Shown: positions 18,159-27,505, numbered from the stretch's first letter. The stretch is 38,163 nt of DNA from a virus (IMGVR_UViG_3300025035_000051:1-38163), one strand, 5' to 3'. Numbers and translations are program-made. The notes: generated by a model not told the origin, from the letters alone.

Positions 18159-18895
18159 AGTTTTATGGTAAGTAAGTCCGTGAACTCTGTTAAATTGTTT
18201 ATCTTGACAAACGGTTCGAAGAAACTAATCTTCTCAAATAAAACGATAGAGGAGTTAGTGAATGTCTCTATGTGAGATATTCGCCATTCAGGGTATTCTC
18301 TTTTATAATACTCATAGGTGCCCTCTAGGAATTCTTTCTTAGAGCCAACCTCAAAACCTAAGAGTCTGCTATACACCTCATAAGATTTCTTACCCATTTT
18401 TAGATAAAAAACAGAACAGTCGTTAACTACAACATACTTTCGGGTATTCCTAAAGACATTATCTAGGACTTTCTTATACTTCTCCTGGTATTTCTTTAGA
18501 GTAAAATCATTAAAGTCTACCAGAGTTACGTCAGGGATTCCGTGTATGAATTCGTAGTCAAACATATCTTGGGCAGTAACTAAACTGGCAGGATTATTGG
18601 CTTTTAGGATTTCCCTACATTCAAGATTCAGATCATTGAATACGCATTGCACTCCAACCTCTTTGAATATCCTACCCGTTAATCCTACTCCACCCAACAA
18701 ATCTAAGTAAGTGTTGTACTCTCCTGATATTACCTTATGAATATTTGAATAGGCTGTCAACCTGAACTTAAAGTCAGAATCTACATTACCCTTTAAAAAT
18801 TCGTTGGTGTAAGGGGTGTCGTGAATTCTCTTCCTTTTGTCCTCTCTGAGAGAGGAGATAACAACAGGAGATTTCCCCTTGATTATTAATTCCAT
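18155..18895 (-). CDS. putative class I SAM-dependent methyltransferase
   Basis: Motif I YLDLLGGVG, acidic motif II FNDLN, QDMF, strand-4 LVDFN; lacks DPPY/NPPY or PC motifs of canonical DNA methyltransferases; starts 2 nt after the hypermodification fusion gene. Confidence 0.65.
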   Translation of the reverse strand: MELIIKGKSPVVISSLREDKRKRIHDTPYTNEFLKGNVDSDFKFRLTAYSNIHKVISGEYNTYLDLLGGVGLTGRIFKEVGVQCVFNDLNLECREILKANNPASLVTAQDMFDYEFIHGIPDVTLVDFNDFTLKKYQEKYKKVLDNVFRNTRKYVVVNDCSVFYLKMGKKSYEVYSRLLGFEVGSKKEFLEGTYEYYKREYPEWRISHIETFTNSSIVLFEKISFFEPFVKINNLTEFTDLLTIKL

Positions 18896-18897
18896 AG

Positions 18898-21800
18898 TTA
18901 GTTATTTACTTCAATATGACAAGACACTTCTTCAGGTCTAGTTATTCTTCTTTTAGCTCTCTTTACTTCGGGATTTTCAGCGTAGTGATTAACAAACACC
19001 GGAAAATCCTTATCCATCATTATAACCTCTCCAGTCTCTCTAAACCAGTTCTGTTTTAAGGGATGAATGCCTAAATCAGTTTTTACTGACTCCATCCTAA
19101 GATAGTCAGGTAATGTAAGGCTTCTAGCATCCCAAAAATCTTGGAAATCCACGTGATCCCATTTCTCTGATTCCGCATTGACAATTCTGTCGTAGAACAT
19201 ATCCTGATAAATATTAGGATATCTTCTATTCTTTCTAAACCACGACTTATAACAGCATAGGGTGCTCTCCAATGTGAAGAAATTTACATCCTTGCTGAAA
19301 GTTCTATCGTGAAATCTCAATTGGGCTTCTGAAAGTAATATGTGAGATTCCTTCTCCAGCCATTCCATCACTACTCTTCCGTACCCCTTAAAGTCAGGAT
19401 TTCCCTTATGCCAGTCTAAATCATCTCTTCCTAAGACTTTACATAACCCATTTCTAGGAGATACTGTTCCGTCTTTCTCGTATAGCATCAGGCTAGGACA
19501 ATTTATATTTACTCCTGCTATTCTTAGATATTCTAAGTAAGAATAAGTAGATAATCTGCCATACCACTTAAACCCATTTATAACTTTATCCCATAGAATA
19601 TTGAAATTAGACATCTGGTCAGTTCCGAATCCCTCTGAAAAGAACTCCACCTGAGTCTTACCGTTAAGATTCTTCATATAATCCTGCCACATTTCAACCA
19701 TGTGACCCTTTTGATATCTTCTGTCTATATCATATTGTAGGCGTTTCCAATTTGCTCTATGCCAACTCTCAAAGTCTTCGAAAGTAATAGCGTACAAGTT
19801 TGGAAACCTGTTAAATATAACCCACGTAGTGCAAGGATTTTGGGTACATCCATTTATAAAACAAAACCATAATTTCTGCTCTTCAGTAAATTTATACTTA
19901 TCCCATAAGTGTTGGAACACATAATACACTGCTCCGGGATGGGATTTATACTGTAGGTGGAATTCATAGAATTTTAGAAATACCTCTCGCCTAAACTTAG
20001 GTTCTCTAAAATCATCTCCAACCTTTAGATTACTTACTTCAATTGCAGCTCTGCCCTCTGGTATACCTGTCTCCCCAATGAACAATTCCTTAGTTAAAAC
20101 GAATTCCTCATTTTTATCCTCTGGGGTAATTAGAGGAGTTCTGAGAGTGTTTTGGACAAAACTACCCAAAGTGCTATTATCTGGGCATTCCGTAGATGTA
20201 GTTCCCCTAGAATTTGCTACAGACTCTGTCTTGACCTCTGCAATATCCTTAAGTTTTCTCTTAACAGAATTGTCTCTGTAAACATTTACTTGTGTCGGAT
20301 AATCTCCAAGTGCAGGCGTTAAATGATTCATACTAGACATTCTGGGCTTAGACCCTATAATCCAAAGCATACTAGTGTCGCTTATCAACGATGGCATTTT
20401 CTCTGTTAGGTACGACATTACTTTACCTTCATAAGTGGGATGAAATTCTAACCCATTATACGTAAACGGCATCTCCTGCTGGTAATCGGTATAGCCCTCT
20501 TCAAATATGTTTACATAATTTAAATTGAAACAGTTAACTTCAGAGTCAGACGTTAAACTAGGACTATCAAAAGTTTTTAAGAAGTTCTTAGTATTAACTC
20601 CAGATACCTTTCGAATTATATTCAGCCTCTCTTCAATAAGCTTCATCTTATTTGGACCTATCCCTATCAAATACACATTCTTTAGGTTAGGAAATCTACT
20701 TATGAATTTTGTTAAACCATAAAGAATAGAGATAGTAGAATTAGTACTCCCTGCAGGTATAATTATGTTCTCTATAAAAACTGGTATGTTCTGAACCTGG
20801 AAAGCCCCTGTTGCGTGAAATCCATGAACATAGTCGTCTGAAGCATCCTTAGGTGGAGTTATTCCATAATTTAGGTAGTAATCTATATTCCCTCGCTCTT
20901 CTAATAAATCTTTTGCCTTCTTCTGAAGATAGGGATTGTATCCCACAGGTTCGTACTGGAATTCAGACCCAAACCACGTAGCCATCTTTACCATATCTCT
21001 ATCAAAAGAACTTTTTGGATTAGTGGCTCCTACAATATGAATGCTCCCCATTCCGTAGTGCTTAGCTACGCAAGTACCCATAGGCAATTGGGGTGACTTT
21101 AAGCTAGCTCCGGATATTAACTTAGATTCAGGTATAGGTTTGAACTGACTTACCATCCAAATACATTGTCTTAACTTAGAACCATTTATTCCCCCGTATC
21201 CTAAAGGGGCAAAAGTATCTTCTCTCTTAAAATACATTTCTCCTACCTGTTGGACAGGAGTTAGGTTATAAAGGTGCTCTTCCCAGTGAATAGAATTTCT
21301 GTCCATAGTTGATGTATCCGGAAATACAGAGTACATTAAGCTCTTATCTAAAAGGGCTACCTCAGGAGTCTTTACTGCAACCGTTTTAGGCTTAGTAGTC
21401 TTAATAACTTCGGTGTAAATACCTTCGGACTTGTCCTCTATAGCTTTTCCGGAATACTTATTTATGTTTATGTAGTCGCTTCTTTCGCAGAACTCAACAA
21501 ATGTTTTCTTACTATCTGGACTGTTGTAAATATCCTCAAAGAACTTCTCTCCTAAATGAGACAAGGGAACACTGTAAGAATTGTAGGATAGAGCACATCG
21601 CATTGAATCTCCTAATTCCTTCTCCTCATCTAGGGACATCTCGAAATCTCTAACCATGCCAGAACGTCCAAGCCACATAGAATCCTTAGCAGGTTCTTTA
21701 CCACTTCTGTATTTAACTCTGGCTAAATATTCTGGCTTGTCTTCTTCTTCGTAGTTGTAATAATAGTTGGCTACTAAATCTAATTGAGGACTGCGAGCTT

Positions 21801-22167
21801 TAAGATAGGCAGGTCTGAATCTAAAAGAACCTGTAATGCCAGCTCCCTCTATTATTAAATTATGGTTTTTTAAAACATCTTCTATGAAGTCACTCCATAA
21901 TTTAGCAGTAGCCTGTCTACCAGATACTGAATCAAAGCCTTGGAATCTAAATACTTCATGCTTCACGTAGTACTTCCCTAGGATAATGAGATTTAACTCT
22001 TTTATGAATAATCCGTGAGGTTCTACCTTTCCATTAGTGCTTTTGTACATAAAATCCTCAAAGGTATACCCTTGATTCTTTAAGAAGTCTAATAGCATAA
22101 ATAATCTGGTAGATTTTCCTGATGCGGATATCCCCTTTACGTTAATCAAATACCTGTACTCTTTCAT
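18898..22167 (-). CDS. three-domain thymidine hypermodification protein: P-loop (5-hmdU DNA kinase-like) + fold-type-II PLP enzyme + clade-2 aGPT-Pplase/amino acid:DNA transferase
   Basis: aa 1-~240 GISASGKST; aa ~290-625 KRED...GGINGSKLRQ, PAGSTNST, HPTYEGK (ACC deaminase/D-cysteine desulfhydrase-like); aa ~715-1089 DFR..RREVF..FY..HL, DRRYQK, YGRLSTYSYLEYL, RNGL, FTLESTLC.YK, RYP. Confidence 0.85.
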   Translation of the reverse strand: MKEYRYLINVKGISASGKSTRLFMLLDFLKNQGYTFEDFMYKSTNGKVEPHGLFIKELNLIILGKYYVKHEVFRFQGFDSVSGRQATAKLWSDFIEDVLKNHNLIIEGAGITGSFRFRPAYLKARSPQLDLVANYYYNYEEEDKPEYLARVKYRSGKEPAKDSMWLGRSGMVRDFEMSLDEEKELGDSMRCALSYNSYSVPLSHLGEKFFEDIYNSPDSKKTFVEFCERSDYININKYSGKAIEDKSEGIYTEVIKTTKPKTVAVKTPEVALLDKSLMYSVFPDTSTMDRNSIHWEEHLYNLTPVQQVGEMYFKREDTFAPLGYGGINGSKLRQCIWMVSQFKPIPESKLISGASLKSPQLPMGTCVAKHYGMGSIHIVGATNPKSSFDRDMVKMATWFGSEFQYEPVGYNPYLQKKAKDLLEERGNIDYYLNYGITPPKDASDDYVHGFHATGAFQVQNIPVFIENIIIPAGSTNSTISILYGLTKFISRFPNLKNVYLIGIGPNKMKLIEERLNIIRKVSGVNTKNFLKTFDSPSLTSDSEVNCFNLNYVNIFEEGYTDYQQEMPFTYNGLEFHPTYEGKVMSYLTEKMPSLISDTSMLWIIGSKPRMSSMNHLTPALGDYPTQVNVYRDNSVKRKLKDIAEVKTESVANSRGTTSTECPDNSTLGSFVQNTLRTPLITPEDKNEEFVLTKELFIGETGIPEGRAAIEVSNLKVGDDFREPKFRREVFLKFYEFHLQYKSHPGAVYYVFQHLWDKYKFTEEQKLWFCFINGCTQNPCTTWVIFNRFPNLYAITFEDFESWHRANWKRLQYDIDRRYQKGHMVEMWQDYMKNLNGKTQVEFFSEGFGTDQMSNFNILWDKVINGFKWYGRLSTYSYLEYLRIAGVNINCPSLMLYEKDGTVSPRNGLCKVLGRDDLDWHKGNPDFKGYGRVVMEWLEKESHILLSEAQLRFHDRTFSKDVNFFTLESTLCCYKSWFRKNRRYPNIYQDMFYDRIVNAESEKWDHVDFQDFWDARSLTLPDYLRMESVKTDLGIHPLKQNWFRETGEVIMMDKDFPVFVNHYAENPEVKRAKRRITRPEEVSCHIEVNN

Positions 22168-23159
22168 TTTAATCTTGTTAATGCTGGACTAACTAGCAAG
22201 TCCGTTACTGACTCTAAGCCATATTTTCTAGAGTGACCCAACGCTTTGTTGTAATCAAAGGAGTGCTCCTTACTCATGCAAAGATCTAAATGGGGTCTAA
22301 GATTCTTCAAGACAGAAGAATTTAACGCCATTAGGTTCATATTTCTCCTAAAATTCTCTCGGTTAGACACAAGTAATTTATAAAGTTTGTCAGAAATAAG
22401 ACCCTGAGAATTATCTACTATGCTATCCACATTTATAGGAAGACCGGGAATCTTAGAAATTCCAGTTATAAGTTTGCGGCAGGTTGCTTCTCCCATTCCC
22501 TTAACCACGCTAGGAATTTTATCTGAGGTATCTCCTAATAGGGCTTTCTCAAATATAAATAATTTCTTGTTTACACCTGTTATTCCCTCAAAGTTCTCAG
22601 GAGTTATATACTGGGGTGCTTTGCCTTTAGAATAAGCATTTGGTCTATACAGATGTGCTCCGTACTCTACCGATTGAGCCCAATCCCAGTCGTCAGTTAT
22701 TAAGATAGTTTGATAACCACTATTTACAGAATTGTATAAGACAGATAAATACATACCAATATCATCAGCTTCAAATCCTGGAGCTGAACCTATTCGGATT
22801 CCTAAATCGGGTAGAATCTCTCTTAATATAGAATCTTGGGTTTCTAATAACTCTTTCTTGGAGAACTCTTCTCCCTTTTCAGGAGTGCAAAAATCGTCTA
22901 AATAAGACTTGTCCTTCTTCTTATACCCAGAATATATTTCCTTCCGGAAGTTGCAAGCCCCTCCCGTCATACAAAAAAAGACTAAGTCAGGCTCTTGGTC
23001 TACAATAATACTTCCTAGGGAAGACAGAACTCCTTTTACTATTCCGGTAGGGGTCTTTACTCCATTTACAGTAAATGATAATTTCCTTAAGGATGCTATA
23101 TGTAGGCACCTGTGCATAAGGTGATCTCCATCAAATATCAATATTTTATAAGGTCGCAT
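22164..23159 (-). CDS. 5'-3' exonuclease / flap endonuclease (T4 RNase H-like)
   Basis: FDGD, FRKEIYSGYK, EADD, TDDWDW, LLGDTSDKIP..KGMGE. Confidence 0.92.
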   Translation of the reverse strand: MRPYKILIFDGDHLMHRCLHIASLRKLSFTVNGVKTPTGIVKGVLSSLGSIIVDQEPDLVFFCMTGGACNFRKEIYSGYKKKDKSYLDDFCTPEKGEEFSKKELLETQDSILREILPDLGIRIGSAPGFEADDIGMYLSVLYNSVNSGYQTILITDDWDWAQSVEYGAHLYRPNAYSKGKAPQYITPENFEGITGVNKKLFIFEKALLGDTSDKIPSVVKGMGEATCRKLITGISKIPGLPINVDSIVDNSQGLISDKLYKLLVSNRENFRRNMNLMALNSSVLKNLRPHLDLCMSKEHSFDYNKALGHSRKYGLESVTDLLVSPALTRLK

Positions 23160-24084
23160 GGCTAAACAGTGTTAGAGAGTCGTAATAATCCGTTAAGTAA
23201 TCTTTATGGTGTTCTTTAGGAAAGTACTTTGCCCTACCATAATTCTTATCTCTCTCACTCTGAGTACAGTACTTATGATACTCACACAAAGAGTGTTCTA
23301 TAAATCTGAGATGGACACTTTTATCAGGAGATAGATACCAAAAGGGTAATCCCGAGGATTCTATGAACTTAGGGAATTTTAAAGTTAAATTGTACAGGGC
23401 TTCTTTACGTGAAGAATCTCCTATCAAGGTATTACCGTAAATCCGCTTTAATCCCTCTACTGCTCCTGGACCTACATTAACGTAGGAGTCAAAGGTAAAT
23501 CCAGTAATCCCTAAATGTACTAAATTGCAATATATCTCGTAAGCTACAAAATTACCTACCCCCTTATAATTTAGGAGATGGTTGACTAGCTTTAACGGAT
23601 CTCCTTCATCTAAAACTGTTAAGGTATCCTCTAAGGTCTTCAGAAATTCATAAAATACTGTTGTTACGTATCCCTGAAGCTTAGGCATTCCGTGTACTAC
23701 AGGGTAAACAAAGTAAGCATTAGTCATCACGGTTGTACCTAGTTTCCTGTTATCCCTCTCAACTCTTATCAAATCCTCCAAAAATTGAGGGTACTCTTCA
23801 ATGTCTAAGGGCATCCCTCCTGCTAGATTTACTGTATTTATGTTGTTTAAAACAGAAAATACTAAAGTATTTAGTACCTTAATAGGGTAATCCATATTAG
23901 AATTGCGAGCTACGTTGATTATAAACCACACTGTGTTTCTATCTAATTCCCTATAAACATTTGTGTATTTAGTAGTCCCTAGAATAGGATCTTCAGTCCA
24001 GGGAGGTTTATTTTTTAAAATAAACCTCTCATGCCAAATGTTGTGTCTTTCTTGAATAAACTTGAAAAATCCCTCTTCAATCAT
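23146..24084 (-). CDS. clade-1 alpha-glutamyl/putrescinyl thymine pyrophosphorylase-family protein (amino acid:DNA transferase-like, HhH fold)
   Basis: ERH.IW..R.....PPWTEDPIL...KYTNVYRELDR, HhH-like KGVGNFVAYEI, VGPGA..GL, IEHSLCEYHKY. Confidence 0.88.
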   Translation of the reverse strand: MIEEGFFKFIQERHNIWHERFILKNKPPWTEDPILGTTKYTNVYRELDRNTVWFIINVARNSNMDYPIKVLNTLVFSVLNNINTVNLAGGMPLDIEEYPQFLEDLIRVERDNRKLGTTVMTNAYFVYPVVHGMPKLQGYVTTVFYEFLKTLEDTLTVLDEGDPLKLVNHLLNYKGVGNFVAYEIYCNLVHLGITGFTFDSYVNVGPGAVEGLKRIYGNTLIGDSSRKEALYNLTLKFPKFIESSGLPFWYLSPDKSVHLRFIEHSLCEYHKYCTQSERDKNYGRAKYFPKEHHKDYLTDYYDSLTLFSHATL

Positions 24085-24096
24085 AAACCCGTAGTA

Positions 24097-25254
24097 TTAA
24101 GGTTTCAGAGTCATCTTCCCCTCTTCAAGGAGTCCTCTAATTAAATCTTCTCGCTCCTGTGCTAGTCTTAAATAGCGTTCAGTCAATGAGGGAAACATCT
24201 CCGCTAGGAATCTATATATCAAAATTACCATCCAATGATAAATTCCATAATTTTCCATACCCTTATAATAAGTGCCAAATAAAGACCTGAGCTGAATTTT
24301 AGGGAAAGACTTATCTCCAAAGGGAGCTACTATTGTAGTCCAACTTCCCCCTCCGATTAGTCTATTCTGAATACAATAGTCATGAACAGCTTTACCCGCA
24401 CTGAAACCTGTTGAATAAAATAAGGGTATATCAAAATTCAAATACGGGGGAGCTTGTTTGTTCTTAACAGTAGATATATTAACTACATTACCAATTACCA
24501 TCTTCTCGTAAGATGGGTCGTATATTTTACTCTTCTGGACTACCCTGATATGAGCAGAAACTTGATGATGTAAACCATGTCCTCCAGAAGTAACTAATTT
24601 ATCAGAACCAAACATTTCTCTATTGTCATAGACTTGAGACAGTAGGACTAAAAATGCTTGATTTCTATTTAGTAAGTGAACTAACTCCTTAAGCTTGGTC
24701 TTTATAACTCTAGCTTCCTCCTGTTGTCCTCCTGCAAAGGGATCCATCTCCTTACGTAAGTCATCTATTCCTCCCTTTCCAGTGATGGTGCTGGCCATTT
24801 GAGCTTTAGTTATTGTACTCTGGAAAGTGTCCCAACTTAACATCACGGGGATGGTAGGGTATGCCTTTTTTATAGCCAGCATAGTATCTTTTAGCCATTC
24901 AAATCCGCCCTCTAAAGTCTGTATTGATTCACTAGAAATAACTAATGCCCCCAAATCAGTACCTAGAGCTTTTGCTCTTTCTAAATCTAAAGTATTTTCT
25001 GACTCAGCGTGAGCGCACAGCCCTCCTATTTCTTGTATACCTATCATAGATTGGTTGAGCAGAGTAGACTTGCCAGAAGACTTCTCTCCAGAAAGTAAAT
25101 ATACTCTTCCAGGCAAAAACCCACCCCCTAAAATTAAATCTAAAGGGTCTAATCTTGAGGGTATAGGGTCAGAACTCAAATACTCTATTCCCTCGGGGTC
25201 AGATGCTACTCTGGCTCCGGGTATATCTAATTTCTTAAAATTTATTTTTTCCAT
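24097..25254 (-). CDS. RecA/UvsX-like recombinase
   Basis: LDLILGGGF.PGR, Walker A GEKSSGKST, ESENTLD, Walker B LSWDT, SGGHGL, VKNKQAPP. Confidence 0.92.
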   Translation of the reverse strand: MEKINFKKLDIPGARVASDPEGIEYLSSDPIPSRLDPLDLILGGGFLPGRVYLLSGEKSSGKSTLLNQSMIGIQEIGGLCAHAESENTLDLERAKALGTDLGALVISSESIQTLEGGFEWLKDTMLAIKKAYPTIPVMLSWDTFQSTITKAQMASTITGKGGIDDLRKEMDPFAGGQQEEARVIKTKLKELVHLLNRNQAFLVLLSQVYDNREMFGSDKLVTSGGHGLHHQVSAHIRVVQKSKIYDPSYEKMVIGNVVNISTVKNKQAPPYLNFDIPLFYSTGFSAGKAVHDYCIQNRLIGGGSWTTIVAPFGDKSFPKIQLRSLFGTYYKGMENYGIYHWMVILIYRFLAEMFPSLTERYLRLAQEREDLIRGLLEEGKMTLKP

Positions 25255-25256
25255 AA

Positions 25257-26357
25257 TTAAAACCCAAAAGGTAATGGGGGTATTCCGTTGTTACCCGAAT
25301 TTTCTGGGATAAACGGCTGAGCTGCCCCAGGCTGTAAAGGTTGTGGTGCAGGAATTGGAGCTTGTGTAGGAGCAGGAATTGGAGCTTGTGTAGGAGCAGG
25401 TGCTTGAGGAACTATAGGCTGAGGCTGAACTACAGGCTGTTTAGGCATAGTATTAAACTCCGCTGCTCTCTCTCTAGACAATGAATTAGAGCTTTCCACG
25501 TACTTAAATTGATTCTCCAATATTGCATCTAAAGTTTCAGCATACTCTCGTATATTTGACTCATAGTACTTATTGGGTCTATACTGTTCAAATAAATTAT
25601 GACTTCCCGCTATAGCTTCTTTTATAGCAGCTACTTGTTCACTGTGAGGTAACCCCTCATACCACATTGGAGAATGGGGGACAATACTTCTTTCATATCC
25701 CACCCTAGTTCCTCCCGAAATAGCTTTTTTTACTTTCTTTATCGAAACCAAAGAACCTTTTAGCGGATGAGTTAAATCAAATTTAGCAAACTTGTTATTT
25801 ATCTGCTCCTGCAAGAATTTTAAAGTTACTACGTTACTCTCCAATATGGACACCGTCACTTTATTTACTAATTTTCCGTTCTCTACAGTCTGCAGATATT
25901 TAGCATGGTCTGGGTCAGGAGAGTCTACTAGCAATACATTAAAGTATGCAGACTCAGAGGATACATTCTCCTTTACGTTGTCTGCAAAACCTTTAGCCTC
26001 CCATTTTTCTATTACTCTTTTCAGAGGATTCTGAACTCCTAGCCACGGAAATGACCCTTCAGCGTCCAGGATAACTCCATTTGTCTTTCCATCCTTTTTA
26101 GGTAGATTCCAGTGGGTCTTAACCACAAGTCCTATTCGTCCTCCGTAAGGAGTCTCTGGAGTAAAATCAACGGTAGGTGGGCATACGAAGAATACATACT
26201 CCCCCTCAACTTTCATTCGTATTTCAGGGATATCCGAATTTGTCGAATTACCTGAATCCTGTCCATAAAATGTTTCTACATCTTTGTTTAAAACCTGCTT
26301 GTTTATAGGTCTCACCAAATCCTGTAATTCCTGCTCAATACTTGTCAATTCTGCCAT
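25257..26357 (-). CDS. putative single-stranded DNA-binding protein (T4 gp32-like) with Pro/Gln-rich tail
   Basis: Directly upstream of UvsX; size, HW, YFNVLL and DLTHP..G pattern; disordered tail ending LPFGF; mostly contextual. Confidence 0.55.
   Translation of the reverse strand: MAELTSIEQELQDLVRPINKQVLNKDVETFYGQDSGNSTNSDIPEIRMKVEGEYVFFVCPPTVDFTPETPYGGRIGLVVKTHWNLPKKDGKTNGVILDAEGSFPWLGVQNPLKRVIEKWEAKGFADNVKENVSSESAYFNVLLVDSPDPDHAKYLQTVENGKLVNKVTVSILESNVVTLKFLQEQINNKFAKFDLTHPLKGSLVSIKKVKKAISGGTRVGYERSIVPHSPMWYEGLPHSEQVAAIKEAIAGSHNLFEQYRPNKYYESNIREYAETLDAILENQFKYVESSNSLSRERAAEFNTMPKQPVVQPQPIVPQAPAPTQAPIPAPTQAPIPAPQPLQPGAAQPFIPENSGNNGIPPLPFGF
25348..25400. repeat. 24-bp tandem repeat x2.2 encoding PAPTQAPI
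   Basis: gcaggaattggagcttgtgtagga at 25348-25371 and 25372-25395, partial third copy. Confidence 0.92.
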
Positions 26358-26371
26358 AACTTGTTATTTAT

Positions 26372-27505
26372 TTATTTTTGTTTATTTAAAAATCCTCCTA
26401 TGAAAAATTTGTCGGACTTCAGCAGCCCCTCCCACAAATGAGAATCCTTTCTGATTACTTCGGGGGATAAAATCTCCATAATTTCGGAGGCAGCTAATTT
26501 ATTTTTTAAAAATGCTAACTGTAAAAGAGGGATAACCAAATAAGAATTCATGCTCCGTGTAAGAGCAAATTCGGATAGAGATTCTTTTAACCTCCCTGTA
26601 AGAGGATTGAGTATTCTATTAAATAATTCAATATAAGCCGAAAGGTTACTATCCAAATTCTTCCATGAAGTTTCATTAACAGGGATGTGCTTGTTTATAT
26701 CGAATTTATTAGGAGACTCTTCTTCGAATAAAATCTTGTCCATCACATCAAAATGTCTCTCATAAATATGGAGAGAACCCGCATTGTGAAAATACGTTCC
26801 CACTTCTACACAGAGAATACTAGCTACTAATTCTTGCAGGAATGTCCATTCAAAGTAATTTATCCCTGTCAACCCAAATATGACATCGTTACTTCGCATA
26901 TTTGTAATACAATGTAATTTGTTATTGCGTATCAAAAATTGCACACTTAATGTGCAAGGAGTATCCAAAGTCTCATTTGTAACTAAGTTATCTCCCGCTA
27001 TGGGTATAACTATGTAAGCTTGTCTACTAGAAGGATCTTGAGTGAGAATATCTATTACATTCTTTACCTGATTTACTTTGAATTTTCTAGAATATACTTT
27101 CGGAAATAGTAAAAAATCTTCTCCCTCACTCCTCGTTACTAAAAAATCCTTAGGAGGATTCACTTCTAAATAAGAGATTCTACCATATCCTGCTCTCCAG
27201 GATATCTGGTCATCAGAATAATTAATAGCTCTAGGTAAAAATGGAGATAAATAAGTGAGGTCTCGGCTTCCAGAAATAACCCACACAGTCTCAGCTATCT
27301 GAGCTACTAGATTATTTTTTCGAGCAGGATTACGAAGTATCCTATCTAAAGGATTATCTGAACTGATTGTGTAACTGATAATTTCTTTAATGGTAGACTC
27401 TGTCCTACTATTAATAGATATTTGTCCTGTAGATTTTAAATCTTTCAGGGATCTCACCATAACTTCATCAATTCCTGAAGCTGGATTAGATTTAAATAAT
27501 GACAT
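26372..27505 (-). CDS. thymidylate-synthase-family enzyme, probable dUMP hydroxymethylase
   Basis: E..W, AGYGR, DPSSRQA, catalytic TPCT, MRSND..FG...IN, SLHIYERH; Asn at the dUMP/dCMP specificity position; hypermodification genes nearby. Confidence 0.82.
   Translation of the reverse strand: MSLFKSNPASGIDEVMVRSLKDLKSTGQISINSRTESTIKEIISYTISSDNPLDRILRNPARKNNLVAQIAETVWVISGSRDLTYLSPFLPRAINYSDDQISWRAGYGRISYLEVNPPKDFLVTRSEGEDFLLFPKVYSRKFKVNQVKNVIDILTQDPSSRQAYIVIPIAGDNLVTNETLDTPCTLSVQFLIRNNKLHCITNMRSNDVIFGLTGINYFEWTFLQELVASILCVEVGTYFHNAGSLHIYERHFDVMDKILFEEESPNKFDINKHIPVNETSWKNLDSNLSAYIELFNRILNPLTGRLKESLSEFALTRSMNSYLVIPLLQLAFLKNKLAASEIMEILSPEVIRKDSHLWEGLLKSDKFFIGGFLNKQK

Noticed and set aside
18155-18895. 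Conventional Dam/Dcm-like DNA methyltransferase
   Set aside because: No DPPY/NPPY or PC/ENV catalytic motifs; kept only as a generic SAM-dependent enzyme
20300-21300. ACC deaminase or D-cysteine desulfhydrase as an auxiliary metabolic gene
   Set aside because: Same fold, but fusion between a kinase and a DNA transferase points to DNA modification
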